Assembly (NCBI RefSeq): GCF_965216265.1
Contig: NZ_OZ244153.1
Span: 2,785,147 to 2,849,146 of the forward strand
From: Kordiimonas sp.
GTDB lineage: Bacteria > Pseudomonadota > Alphaproteobacteria > Sphingomonadales > Kordiimonadaceae
Direction of reading: 5' to 3'
Length of the DNA: 64,000 nucleotides
The notes beneath the pieces are model-generated. The model worked only from the letters and a program-made list of their open reading frames with translations. It did not search any database and was not told where the DNA came from. This document shows, in pieces, positions 56,176-64,000 of the stretch. Position 1 is the stretch's first letter. The number at the start of each line of letters is the position of its first letter. The translations under genes were made by a program, and so were the position numbers.

Positions 56176-56209
56176 GGTTCACGATAGAAAGGGGTTCACG
56201 ATAGAAAGG
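56176..56209. repeat. Perfect 17-bp tandem duplication upstream of chaB
   Basis: GGTTCACGATAGAAAGG x2 (56176-92 and 56193-209). Confidence 0.9.
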
Positions 56210-56526
56210 CTGGCCTAAGGGCGCGATTGGTGTCTGCGCCCAGCGCATAAAGAGGGCGTTAATGTCACGTGCCTTGCTGCGGTGATGCATGCAAACTGGG
56301 CACGGCAGGAGAGCAATGAGCTCACAGGCGCATACATGGTCTTGATGAAAAATTTATACCGGGAATATTTTTACCGAATCGAATGTTTACGCCGATGAGC
56401 GTCTTATCATTCTCATAACTTCTTTTGAGATCGGGTTCACCTCTCGTTCAGGCAAGCAAGCGCTTCATGGTGATGCCCGGTGGGGATGGCTGGTTGGGAA
56501 CTGGCCAAAATATGAGGGATAAGACA

Positions 56527-56847
56527 ATGTTGTGGAGCGGACTGGGATCAGTGGCCTTGATGGTTTTTCTGGGTGGACTGGTTGTGGTGACGGGGGCGGA
56601 TTTGATGTCTGTGCCTGCCTATATGGTGCTTTCCGCACCGTTTGTAACTTACCTCGGATATGAGCTGAAGCTGTATTCGGAAGGGCTTTACCTGCGCTAC
56701 AGCGTCGAAGGGCCAGCAGGCACATCGCCTGTGCGCAGTTTCCTTGAGCAGCAGGTTGAACGTGGCCACAAGCCAACGGTGCTTTTTGTGCCGGTCATGG
56801 CATGGGGCCCGATTTTGGCGGCTGTCGGCATCGGCATGGGCGTGTGA
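56527..56847 (+). CDS. Hypothetical membrane protein (~3 TM)
   Basis: GAGGGA RBS; hydrophobic helices MLWSGLGSVALMVFLGG..., LFVPVMAWGPILAAVGIG. Confidence 0.55.
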   Translation: MLWSGLGSVALMVFLGGLVVVTGADLMSVPAYMVLSAPFVTYLGYELKLYSEGLYLRYSVEGPAGTSPVRSFLEQQVERGHKPTVLFVPVMAWGPILAAVGIGMGV

Positions 56848-56854
56848 TCGCGCT

Positions 56855-58132
56855 TTAAAGCATTGCCGCTTTATAAATGGCGTCAATCGCCAGCACGAGG
56901 CCCACACATGTAGCCGCCGCGGCGGGCAAGGCAAAATACCCCATGCCGCGCCACATATCACCCAGCATGCCGGGTTTTGTGATGCCTACGGGGCGATCAG
57001 CGGGCTTGAGCCGCATGGTAAAGATCATCACACCGGTAACAGCCAGGCCGGTGAGGATAATGCCCGCGAAAAACCACAAAAGCCGCACGGCAAAACCCAC
57101 CCCGGGCATGTCGTTGGCGAAAGAGCCGAAATGTAGTGGGTCTGCGCCTTCTGAAATACGCTGGTGCAGGCTAAGGTCCATGCCTTTCTGTACCTGTATG
57201 GCCTCGCCGGTTTCCGGGTTGATCAGCACAGCGTTGCCGCGTTCCCGCATCAGAACGGCTTCCGCCTGTCCCATAACCACAACACCGCCGCGTTTATTGT
57301 CGGGCATATAGATTGAGGTGACCTGAAGCTCAGGATAGGCCGCCCGGGCCGCGTGCACTTGCGCATTCAGCGTTTGGCCGTCAAGGCTTGCCACAGGCAA
57401 GTCCATCTTGGGTCTCATGGCTGCAGGCGCGTTACCGCCGCCCCATTCCACCAGATACCAAAGGCCCGAGACGCCGATTACGGCAATAAACCACATGGAC
57501 CACAACCCCACAAACCGGTGCAGGTCGCCTGTGAAACGTCGTGTGTCGCCTTCACGTTTGCGTTTGCCGGGTTGTCTCAGTTTGGGTAGGCGAAAAAAAC
57601 CACGCCACCATTTTTTGTAAACCACAAAAGCGGTGATCAGGCTCGCGAGAAGCGGCAGCGCCAGAACCGAGACAATCGGGATACCAACCTTGGTGGGCAG
57701 CATGAGGTGGCGGTGCAGTTCGCGGAACAGGCGCTGTGCATTAAACCACCCGGTGGTGCCCTGAACCTCGCCTGTGGTCGGGTTCAGGTAAATGCGGAAC
57801 CGGTCACCGTTGCCATCAACGGCGATGGCTTCTGCGGCGAAGAAAAAATCATAAGGCGCGCTGATGCGTTCAACCCGTGCGCCGGGCGATTTGGCCTCTG
57901 CCGCCCTATTGGCGCTATCGAGCATCATGCCCCAGGTTGCGGGCTCACCCACTGGGGCTGAGGCTCGCATCTCCGGGTGTATCAACCAGTCAATCTCGTG
58001 GGAAAGTGTGGCAAGCGTTCCCGTCGCCAGAATGAAGGTGAGAAAAAGGCTCACCTTCAAACCGGACCAATGATGCACGGTCCACCATAGCGACCGTTTT
58101 TTCTTTGGCTTTACGCCTGCCACTGCTTCCAT
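56855..58132 (-). CDS. PepSY-associated TM protein (PiuB/FoxB-like ferrisiderophore reductase)
   Basis: WWTVHHWSG; FRELHRHL; DLHRFVG; DPLHFG (His heme ligands); two periplasmic PepSY-like domains. Confidence 0.88.
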   Translation of the reverse strand: MEAVAGVKPKKKRSLWWTVHHWSGLKVSLFLTFILATGTLATLSHEIDWLIHPEMRASAPVGEPATWGMMLDSANRAAEAKSPGARVERISAPYDFFFAAEAIAVDGNGDRFRIYLNPTTGEVQGTTGWFNAQRLFRELHRHLMLPTKVGIPIVSVLALPLLASLITAFVVYKKWWRGFFRLPKLRQPGKRKREGDTRRFTGDLHRFVGLWSMWFIAVIGVSGLWYLVEWGGGNAPAAMRPKMDLPVASLDGQTLNAQVHAARAAYPELQVTSIYMPDNKRGGVVVMGQAEAVLMRERGNAVLINPETGEAIQVQKGMDLSLHQRISEGADPLHFGSFANDMPGVGFAVRLLWFFAGIILTGLAVTGVMIFTMRLKPADRPVGITKPGMLGDMWRGMGYFALPAAAATCVGLVLAIDAIYKAAML

Positions 58133-58140
58133 TTTTGGCC

Positions 58141-60288
58141 CTAAAGCTTCCAGCGCAACTCAACAAAGGCTGTGCGGGGTTCTCCGGGGAAGTGCCCATC
58201 GCGGGTGATGAAACCCGACGCCGCATACTCTTTGTTAAAGAGGTTATCAACACGAAGCATCACGGAAACCTGCTCGTTAAGCTGGTGAATGAGCGACGTA
58301 TCGAAAATGGTGTAAGGGCGCACGGTCTGGCCGTCAATGCTTAGGCGCTTGCTGACATACTCAGCGCCAAACGCCAGCGTGGTGTCGATGGGCGCAAATT
58401 CATAGCGCGTCCACAAGCCCGCCTGATGTTTGGGTGAGTTTGCGAACCGGTCACCCACAGCGTTTGTGAGCGACTGACCGGCAACTGTGTCAGTGATGCG
58501 GGCGTTATTGTAGCCGTAGTTTGCTGTCACCACCCAATAGTCAGTGATGTCGGCGGCGACCTCAAGCTCAAAGCCCGTGCTTGTCACCTCGCCGATAGGG
58601 GCAAGGTCGTCTACACCGTCTGAGCTGTTCCCGTTCGGGTCAAGCTGCAACAGGTTCTGGCGTTTGATCTCATACACGGCAGCGTTTGCCTGCACACGGC
58701 CACCCAGAAGCGCAACCTTGATGCCCGCTTCCATTTGCTGGCCGGTCACGGGGTTGAACGGCCCGCCTGCTAGCACATCCTGGCTGCCGATGCCTTGCGG
58801 CTCGAAGCTTTCAGACCAGCTTGCATAGACGGAGATATTATCCTGCGGCTGATAGATCAGCCCGGCGCGCAATGCCCAGTCACCATCGTTGAAACCGTCG
58901 CCTGTCAGGCGGTTCTCGTCGTCGTACCGGTCATAGCGGGCACCAGCAACGGCGATCCATTTGTCGCTCAGGTGCAACTGGTCCTGAATATAAAAACCGT
59001 AACGGGTGGAGCGGCTTTCCGTGGTGCGCAGGGCATAGCTGTCCAGATCATAGAACTGTGCGCCAGAAAGGCCGTAAACCGGGTTTTCAAGGGCAAGAAC
59101 AGGTACGTCACCGTTTGGAACAGTATGCGCCCAGAAATCAGCGTTTTCGCGGTACCAGTCACCGCCTACAAGGATGCGGTTATTCATGCCGCCGATAGGC
59201 TGGTCAATCGTTACGGTGCCGGAAAGGGTCATTCCGTCCGTGTCGCGCTGCTGGTCCCTGAGTTCCCGAAGCGAGCTGTCGAGCGTGCCGTTACCATCGG
59301 TGTCCACAAGGCCGCGTGGCTCATGGTATTGCTGGCGTTCCTGCGCATCAAAATAGCGAACAGCCACTTCCGTGGAGATGTTATCTGTGGGCTGAGCCTG
59401 CAAGCGAGCCTGATAGACCGTTGCCTTCAGGTTGAGGAAGTCGGTCGCTTCATTGGCGTTCCAGCTGATGTCAGTCAGGAAATTGCCGTCATCGTCGGTC
59501 ATTACGCCGCGAAGCCGCGCGCCCTGCATTTTCTGGTCATAGTGCGTGACCTGAGTGATAAGCTTGGCGTCTTCCCCCAGCTTGAAGGTCAGGCCGCTAT
59601 CGAGAATGAGTGACTTCTCGTGCGTGTTGTTGCGGAAGGGTTTCATGTTTTCATAAAACGCACCCACGCGGCCAAGAATGGTGCCCGAATTATTAAGAGC
59701 GCCAGATACCTCGCCCGACGCGCCATAGCGGTTATAGTTCCCGCCGGTCAGCGTCGCGGAAGCGTTGAAATCTTCCGTCGGCGTTTTGGTCACATAGTTG
59801 ATCAGGCCACCGGGCTCGCCGGGGCCATACAGCATGCCAGCGGGGCCTTTCAGCACTTCAACACGCTCAATGTTGAACAGTTTCGGTACCGAGAAAGCGA
59901 TGAACGGGTTGCCGTGAAGGCTATCGTAGAACACCTGATCCTGCCGGAAGCCACGGAAGGTAACACCGGAATAGCTGAACTGGGTGATGCCCGCGATATT
60001 GCGGTACAGGTCCGTCATGTCCCGCGCGCCTTGGTCTTTCATCAGCGCTTCGTTGATGATGGAAACCGACTGCGGGATATCAAGCGGGTCGCCGCTTGTG
60101 CGCCCAACGCTGGTTTCCGATACGCGGTAAAGCTTTTGCGCGCGTCCGGTAACCGTAATTTCGGTGACTTCCTTGTCCGTATTGTTCGATGAAGGCTCTG
60201 CCACAGCTGCGCCGGGGAGGGCGAAGGTTGCGCCAAGGGCAGCAAGGCTGGCTGAGGCCAAGAGAAAACGTGGTGATGAAAATTGCAT
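58141..60288 (-). CDS. TonB-dependent siderophore-type receptor
   Basis: Signal peptide; EITVTG; DIPQSVSII; IERVEVLKGPAGMLYG..PGGLINYVTK; VDNLFNKEY; terminal ELRWKL. Confidence 0.93.
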   Translation of the reverse strand: MQFSSPRFLLASASLAALGATFALPGAAVAEPSSNNTDKEVTEITVTGRAQKLYRVSETSVGRTSGDPLDIPQSVSIINEALMKDQGARDMTDLYRNIAGITQFSYSGVTFRGFRQDQVFYDSLHGNPFIAFSVPKLFNIERVEVLKGPAGMLYGPGEPGGLINYVTKTPTEDFNASATLTGGNYNRYGASGEVSGALNNSGTILGRVGAFYENMKPFRNNTHEKSLILDSGLTFKLGEDAKLITQVTHYDQKMQGARLRGVMTDDDGNFLTDISWNANEATDFLNLKATVYQARLQAQPTDNISTEVAVRYFDAQERQQYHEPRGLVDTDGNGTLDSSLRELRDQQRDTDGMTLSGTVTIDQPIGGMNNRILVGGDWYRENADFWAHTVPNGDVPVLALENPVYGLSGAQFYDLDSYALRTTESRSTRYGFYIQDQLHLSDKWIAVAGARYDRYDDENRLTGDGFNDGDWALRAGLIYQPQDNISVYASWSESFEPQGIGSQDVLAGGPFNPVTGQQMEAGIKVALLGGRVQANAAVYEIKRQNLLQLDPNGNSSDGVDDLAPIGEVTSTGFELEVAADITDYWVVTANYGYNNARITDTVAGQSLTNAVGDRFANSPKHQAGLWTRYEFAPIDTTLAFGAEYVSKRLSIDGQTVRPYTIFDTSLIHQLNEQVSVMLRVDNLFNKEYAASGFITRDGHFPGEPRTAFVELRWKL

Positions 60289-60316
60289 GTCTTTAACTCC
60301 CTGAGGTGGGGAAGTT

Positions 60317-60335
60317 AATAATAAGAATGGTTATC
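60317..60335. promoter_or_regulatory. Fur-like box upstream of the receptor
   Basis: AATAATAAGAATGGTTATC matches 14 of 19 positions of GATAATGATAATCATTATC. Confidence 0.65.
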
Positions 60336-60539
60336 AATTGCAACAGCGGAATCCGGGAAAATGCCCGCGGACGTTATTTTTCGTGAACAGGGTGTGCCAA
60401 AGAGGCGCTCGTGTGCTCAGATATTCATGAATATATGCATTAATATAAGACCATAAGGTCAGTGTACCGGCTGATAATCATGAATAAATATAGCTGTACG
60501 TATGAATCTGCCTTTGCAGACATGAAAGGAAATCATGAA

Positions 60540-61457
60540 ATGAAACGCCGGGCTATTGACTTGAGTATCATAGACGCGTTCGTGAAAAACGGCGATGGGG
60601 GCAACCCTGCAGGGGTGGTGCTGGATGCCGGGAACCTGAGCGAAGCCGATATGCAGGCTATTGCGCTGAAGGCGGGCTTGTCGGAAACCGCCTTTGTCTC
60701 ACCGCACGCAGAGAGCGGGTTTCGGCTTGATTTCTTTACCCCCAATCGGCGTATTGCTCATTGCGGGCACGCAACGATCGCGGTTTTCTCCCATATGGCG
60801 CGGCTTGGTATTGTTGGCCAGGGTGAAACCGTCAAACATACGGTGGACGGCCCGCGTAAAATCATCATTCAGGGTCATCGTGCCTATATGGAGCAGATCG
60901 CCCCGCGGTATGAAAAATCACCTCTTTGGCAAGGGATTAGTGAGGAGGATGTGCTTGCGTCCCTTGGGATTACGAGGAATGACCTCATCGCGGGCGGAGA
61001 GCCTATCCTTGTGAACACAGGCAATAGTTTCATGCTCATTGGCGTGCGAGATGCGGCGGTATTGTCGAAACTGCGGCCAAACCGGGGCGCGGTTGTGGCG
61101 ATAAGTGAAACACTAAATCTTGTGGGATATTATGTGTTTACGCCAAATACGCCGGAAAAAGGTGTGGCGGCCACAGCGCGCATGTTTGGCCCGCGGTATA
61201 GCATTGAGGAAGAAGCCGCCACCGGCATGGCCGCCGGGCCACTTGCCTGCCTGCTGTATGACCGCTTTGGGCTCAAGGAAGACCGGATGGTGATCGAGCA
61301 GGGGCGCTTCATGGCCACACCGTCGATCAGCGAGATTGAGGTACAGCTCAAGACGACAGGCGGACAGATCACCGGCCTGATGGCAGGCGGTGAAGCCCGC
61401 CCGCAGTCAAAGCAACAGATCGTGGTCCAGGCCCCGATTGAACAGGCGGGCTTATGA
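60540..61457 (+). CDS. PhzF family isomerase/epimerase
   Basis: IIDAF....GGNPAGVV; SETAFV; FFTP....HCGHATIA; RMFGP.YSIEEEAATGMAAGPL; EQGRFM..PS. Confidence 0.92.
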   Translation: MKRRAIDLSIIDAFVKNGDGGNPAGVVLDAGNLSEADMQAIALKAGLSETAFVSPHAESGFRLDFFTPNRRIAHCGHATIAVFSHMARLGIVGQGETVKHTVDGPRKIIIQGHRAYMEQIAPRYEKSPLWQGISEEDVLASLGITRNDLIAGGEPILVNTGNSFMLIGVRDAAVLSKLRPNRGAVVAISETLNLVGYYVFTPNTPEKGVAATARMFGPRYSIEEEAATGMAAGPLACLLYDRFGLKEDRMVIEQGRFMATPSISEIEVQLKTTGGQITGLMAGGEARPQSKQQIVVQAPIEQAGL

Positions 61458-62993
61458 AACCTCTGCCGCCTGCATTTTCTCGTCCAGCCGACGTAACCTG
61501 CGCGATGTCAGCATCAGCACAAAACCAACAACCACAGCACAGGTGATGGCCGCCGCCTGGTAGGCATCGATATAGGCCGCGCGGGCTGCAAGCTCAAGCG
61601 CGGTCGCTTGCGCATCCGGCAAGGTTTCCGATGCCGCGATAGCCGCACCCAGGGTGTCCCGCGCCGCATCCGCTACATCAAGCGGTACACCCACCATCGG
61701 GGCATCAACCAAACGGCTGCGGTAGATGGCGGTTACCAAACTGCCGAGCACGGCAATGCCCAAGGCCCCGCCAAACTCTGTTGCGGTTTCCGCGATGCCG
61801 GAGGCAGCGCCAGCGCGCTCCGGCGGTGCTGCGGTCATGATCATGTCGGTCGTGAGCGTAAACACGGGCGCAAAGCCTGCGCACATAAGGGTGTAGGCAA
61901 ACACAAACAGCGGCAGATTATGGCCGTCAATCAAGCCCGCGATGGCAACAAAACCGATCACCGCGAGGGTAAGCCCGCCGCTGATAATGCGTGATGGGCT
62001 TAAGCTGCGCAAAAGCCTTGGCGTCATTGTGGAGCCAATAACAAACACAAGCCCCGTGGGCGCTGACCATAACCCGGCCACAAGGGGCGAAAGGCCAAGC
62101 ACAAGTTGCAGATATTGCGCGAACAACAAGAAGGAGGCAAAGCAGGTGAAAATGCTGAACAGGTTGACCGCCAACCCGGCCGTGAACGAGCGGTTCTTCA
62201 GAAGTGCGAGGTCGATAAACGGTTCCGCAAGTTTCTTTTGGCGCCGAGTGAAAACCATGCCAACCACAAGCCCCAGCGCGATGGTGAGGAAAGGCACGGC
62301 ACTGAAGTCAAATTCAGCAAAGCGTTTGATACCAAAAATAACCCCCAGCACCATGATAACCGAGAGAAAGCCGCTTAGCATATCCGGCTTTCCGGCATTC
62401 GGGTCCTTGAACTCAGGCAAAAGCGCAGGCGCGATAGCGAGCAGAAGCAGCATTATGGGAACATTGATCAGGAACACGGAACCCCAGTGGAAATATTCGA
62501 GGAGGATGCCGCCAAGCACCGGGCCGAGCGCGCCGCCCGCTGAAAAGCTGGCGATCCAGACCCCGATTGCGGTGGTGCGCTCAACCGGGTCATGAAACAT
62601 GTTGCGGATCAGCGACAGGGTTGAGGGCGCAAGCGTCGCCGCCGCCAACCCCAAAAGCGCGCGGGAGATGATCAGCATCTCCACACTTGTGGAGAAGGCC
62701 GCGAGGATGGAGGCAAGGCCAAAGGCGGTCGCACCCCACAGAAGCAACTTACGTCGGCCGATCTTGTCGCCCAGCGTGCCCATGGGGATCAAGGCGCCCG
62801 CGAGAATGAAACCGTAGATGTCCACGATCCACAATAGCTCGGCGCTGGTGGGCTTCAGGTCCGCGCTCAGGTGCGGAACGGCAAGATTGAGGACCGTGAG
62901 GTCCATGGAATAAAGCATGCAGGGCAGGGCCAGAACGGCAAGGCCGATCCATTCCCGGCGTGTTGCCTTGGCGGGTGTTGCTGTCGTGCTCAC
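61452..62993 (-). CDS. DHA2 family 14-TM MFS efflux pump (QacA/SmvA-like)
   Basis: GTG start at 62993 after a GGAG RBS; MDLTVLNLAVP; GTLGDKIGRRKL; GPVLGGILL..FHWGSVFLINVP; ETATEFGGALGIAVLG. Confidence 0.92.
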   Translation of the reverse strand: MSTTATPAKATRREWIGLAVLALPCMLYSMDLTVLNLAVPHLSADLKPTSAELLWIVDIYGFILAGALIPMGTLGDKIGRRKLLLWGATAFGLASILAAFSTSVEMLIISRALLGLAAATLAPSTLSLIRNMFHDPVERTTAIGVWIASFSAGGALGPVLGGILLEYFHWGSVFLINVPIMLLLLAIAPALLPEFKDPNAGKPDMLSGFLSVIMVLGVIFGIKRFAEFDFSAVPFLTIALGLVVGMVFTRRQKKLAEPFIDLALLKNRSFTAGLAVNLFSIFTCFASFLLFAQYLQLVLGLSPLVAGLWSAPTGLVFVIGSTMTPRLLRSLSPSRIISGGLTLAVIGFVAIAGLIDGHNLPLFVFAYTLMCAGFAPVFTLTTDMIMTAAPPERAGAASGIAETATEFGGALGIAVLGSLVTAIYRSRLVDAPMVGVPLDVADAARDTLGAAIAASETLPDAQATALELAARAAYIDAYQAAAITCAVVVGFVLMLTSRRLRRLDEKMQAAEVS

Positions 62994-63031
62994 TATTGTC
63001 TCCGGCGGGTAACCCGCTTCTTCTGGAATTT

Positions 63032-63655
63032 CTAGAATGGCCAGCTTGGGCGTTTTGTTATGTTGGCTGACCACCGTTGCATATGCTCAAGCGACGCCGG
63101 AACGTCAACCTCAAAAAAGCTGGCGACCATCAGGGCTGCCATGCCGGTAATGTCGGCAACGCTAAAGTTTTCCCCTGCAAGGTACGGACGACCATCTGAC
63201 AATTCATTGTCGAACCACTTCAGCTTGCGCGGCATCAGCTCGCGTTGCGCAGTCGCATATTCCGGCACCTGAATAACACGGTCCCTAAAAAACGGGTCGG
63301 AGTGAAAGGCAATGCCGCCGATGTTGGCGAGAATTTCATTCTCGGCCCGTCGTTGCCACATCTCAATCACCGCCTGCTCTTTGGGGGTGGAGCCGAACAG
63401 GGGCACCTCTGGCGACAGTCCGTCAAAGTACCGGCAGATAGCCATGCTTTCGGTGATAATGGTGCCGTCATCCAGCTCAAGCACCGGTATTTGGCCCAGT
63501 GAATTGACCTTGAGAAAGCCGGGAGATTTATGCTCTCCTTTCTCAAAGCTTATTTCAATGCGCTCAATGCCAAGGTCTGCATCGTTTATGCCTTTTTCCA
63601 GCAAAAACGCATGCACACGAAAGGGGTTGGGCCCCTGTCCCATATAGAGTTTCAT
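63032..63655 (-). CDS. Glutathione S-transferase
   Basis: GPNPFRV; NSLGQIPVLELDDG..ITESMAICRY; YLAGENFSVADI. Confidence 0.93.
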   Translation of the reverse strand: MKLYMGQGPNPFRVHAFLLEKGINDADLGIERIEISFEKGEHKSPGFLKVNSLGQIPVLELDDGTIITESMAICRYFDGLSPEVPLFGSTPKEQAVIEMWQRRAENEILANIGGIAFHSDPFFRDRVIQVPEYATAQRELMPRKLKWFDNELSDGRPYLAGENFSVADITGMAALMVASFFEVDVPASLEHMQRWSANITKRPSWPF

Positions 63656-63702
63656 CTGTTTTTCCTCGTCTGTCTGTTTTCTTGTTTTTTGCAGGTTCGG
63701 CG

Positions 63703-64000
63703 TTAAGGGGTTGCGAACAACGCTTCCAGCTTGTCGAGCGCGCCAGACCAGCCTTGGTTATGGCCGTCGCGCGCGGCTTCATCGAAGAACTGCGAGTGAT
63801 AGAGTGTCAGCATAGACCCATCGTCGGTTTTTGTGATCGTGACGGTGACAAGCGATTCCCGCTCCGGCGTGGTGATCCATGCCCAGGAAAACACGAGCTT
63901 TTCATTCTCAACCACTTCCTTATAGGTGCCGCTGACATCGTCCTTTTCGCCGGATGGGTCCTGCATGATCACCCGGAAGCGACCACCAACACGCACGTCG
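63703..64000 (-). CDS. SRPBCC (AHSA1-like) domain protein, 5'-truncated by the window edge
   Basis: DVRVGGRFRV; GTYKEVVENEKLVFSW; SLVTVTI; HNQGWSGALDKL. Confidence 0.88.
   Translation of the reverse strand, partial: DVRVGGRFRVIMQDPSGEKDDVSGTYKEVVENEKLVFSWAWITTPERESLVTVTITKTDDGSMLTLYHSQFFDEAARDGHNQGWSGALDKLEALFATP

Noticed and set aside
56316-56522. RBS-led 9-codon ORF followed by TGA TGA and a further open stretch
   Set aside because: No recognisable homology in any frame; could be a decayed gene, but this is unsupported.

Overview
This is a chromosomal window from an alphaproteobacterium, inferred from the cpa-type Tad pilus locus, CtrA-like boxes, a GAAC-N7-GAAC LexA box and an alpha-r8/MmgR-type sRNA. 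It holds about 60 CDS and tRNA-Val(GAC). I found no transposase, integrase, phage gene or CRISPR array. Main blocks: peptide/amide scavenging genes (1-10.8 kb); oxyR (14.4-15.3 kb); a near-complete Tad/Cpa locus (16.2-28.2 kb); two chemoreceptors; a small AT-rich accessory patch (34.4-37.2 kb); typA; a Pho-box-preceded plcP-agt lipid-remodelling pair; two TonB-dependent receptors (one with a Fur-like box and a PepSY-TM gene); a PlpD-like patatin autotransporter; and an MFS/GST/SRPBCC cluster cut by the right edge. The most notable unexplained signals are mostly non-coding. (1) A ~330-nt highly structured element with C-rich anti-Shine-Dalgarno loops, divergent from oxyR behind an OxyR-type box (OxyS-like candidate), faced by a second convergent sRNA candidate. 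(2) Five phased 11-bp repeats upstream of the pilin gene that read as Met-Glu-Pro-stop mini-ORFs. (3) A CpaF ATPase with an apparently duplicated N-terminal domain. (4) A gene inserted into a terminator with a 15-bp target duplication. (5) A LexA box on an uncharacterised membrane-protein gene. (6) A His-rich multi-TM chemoreceptor paired with a small partner gene. (7) Two small ORFs below the ORF-track cutoff. All calls are by eye; no database searches were run.
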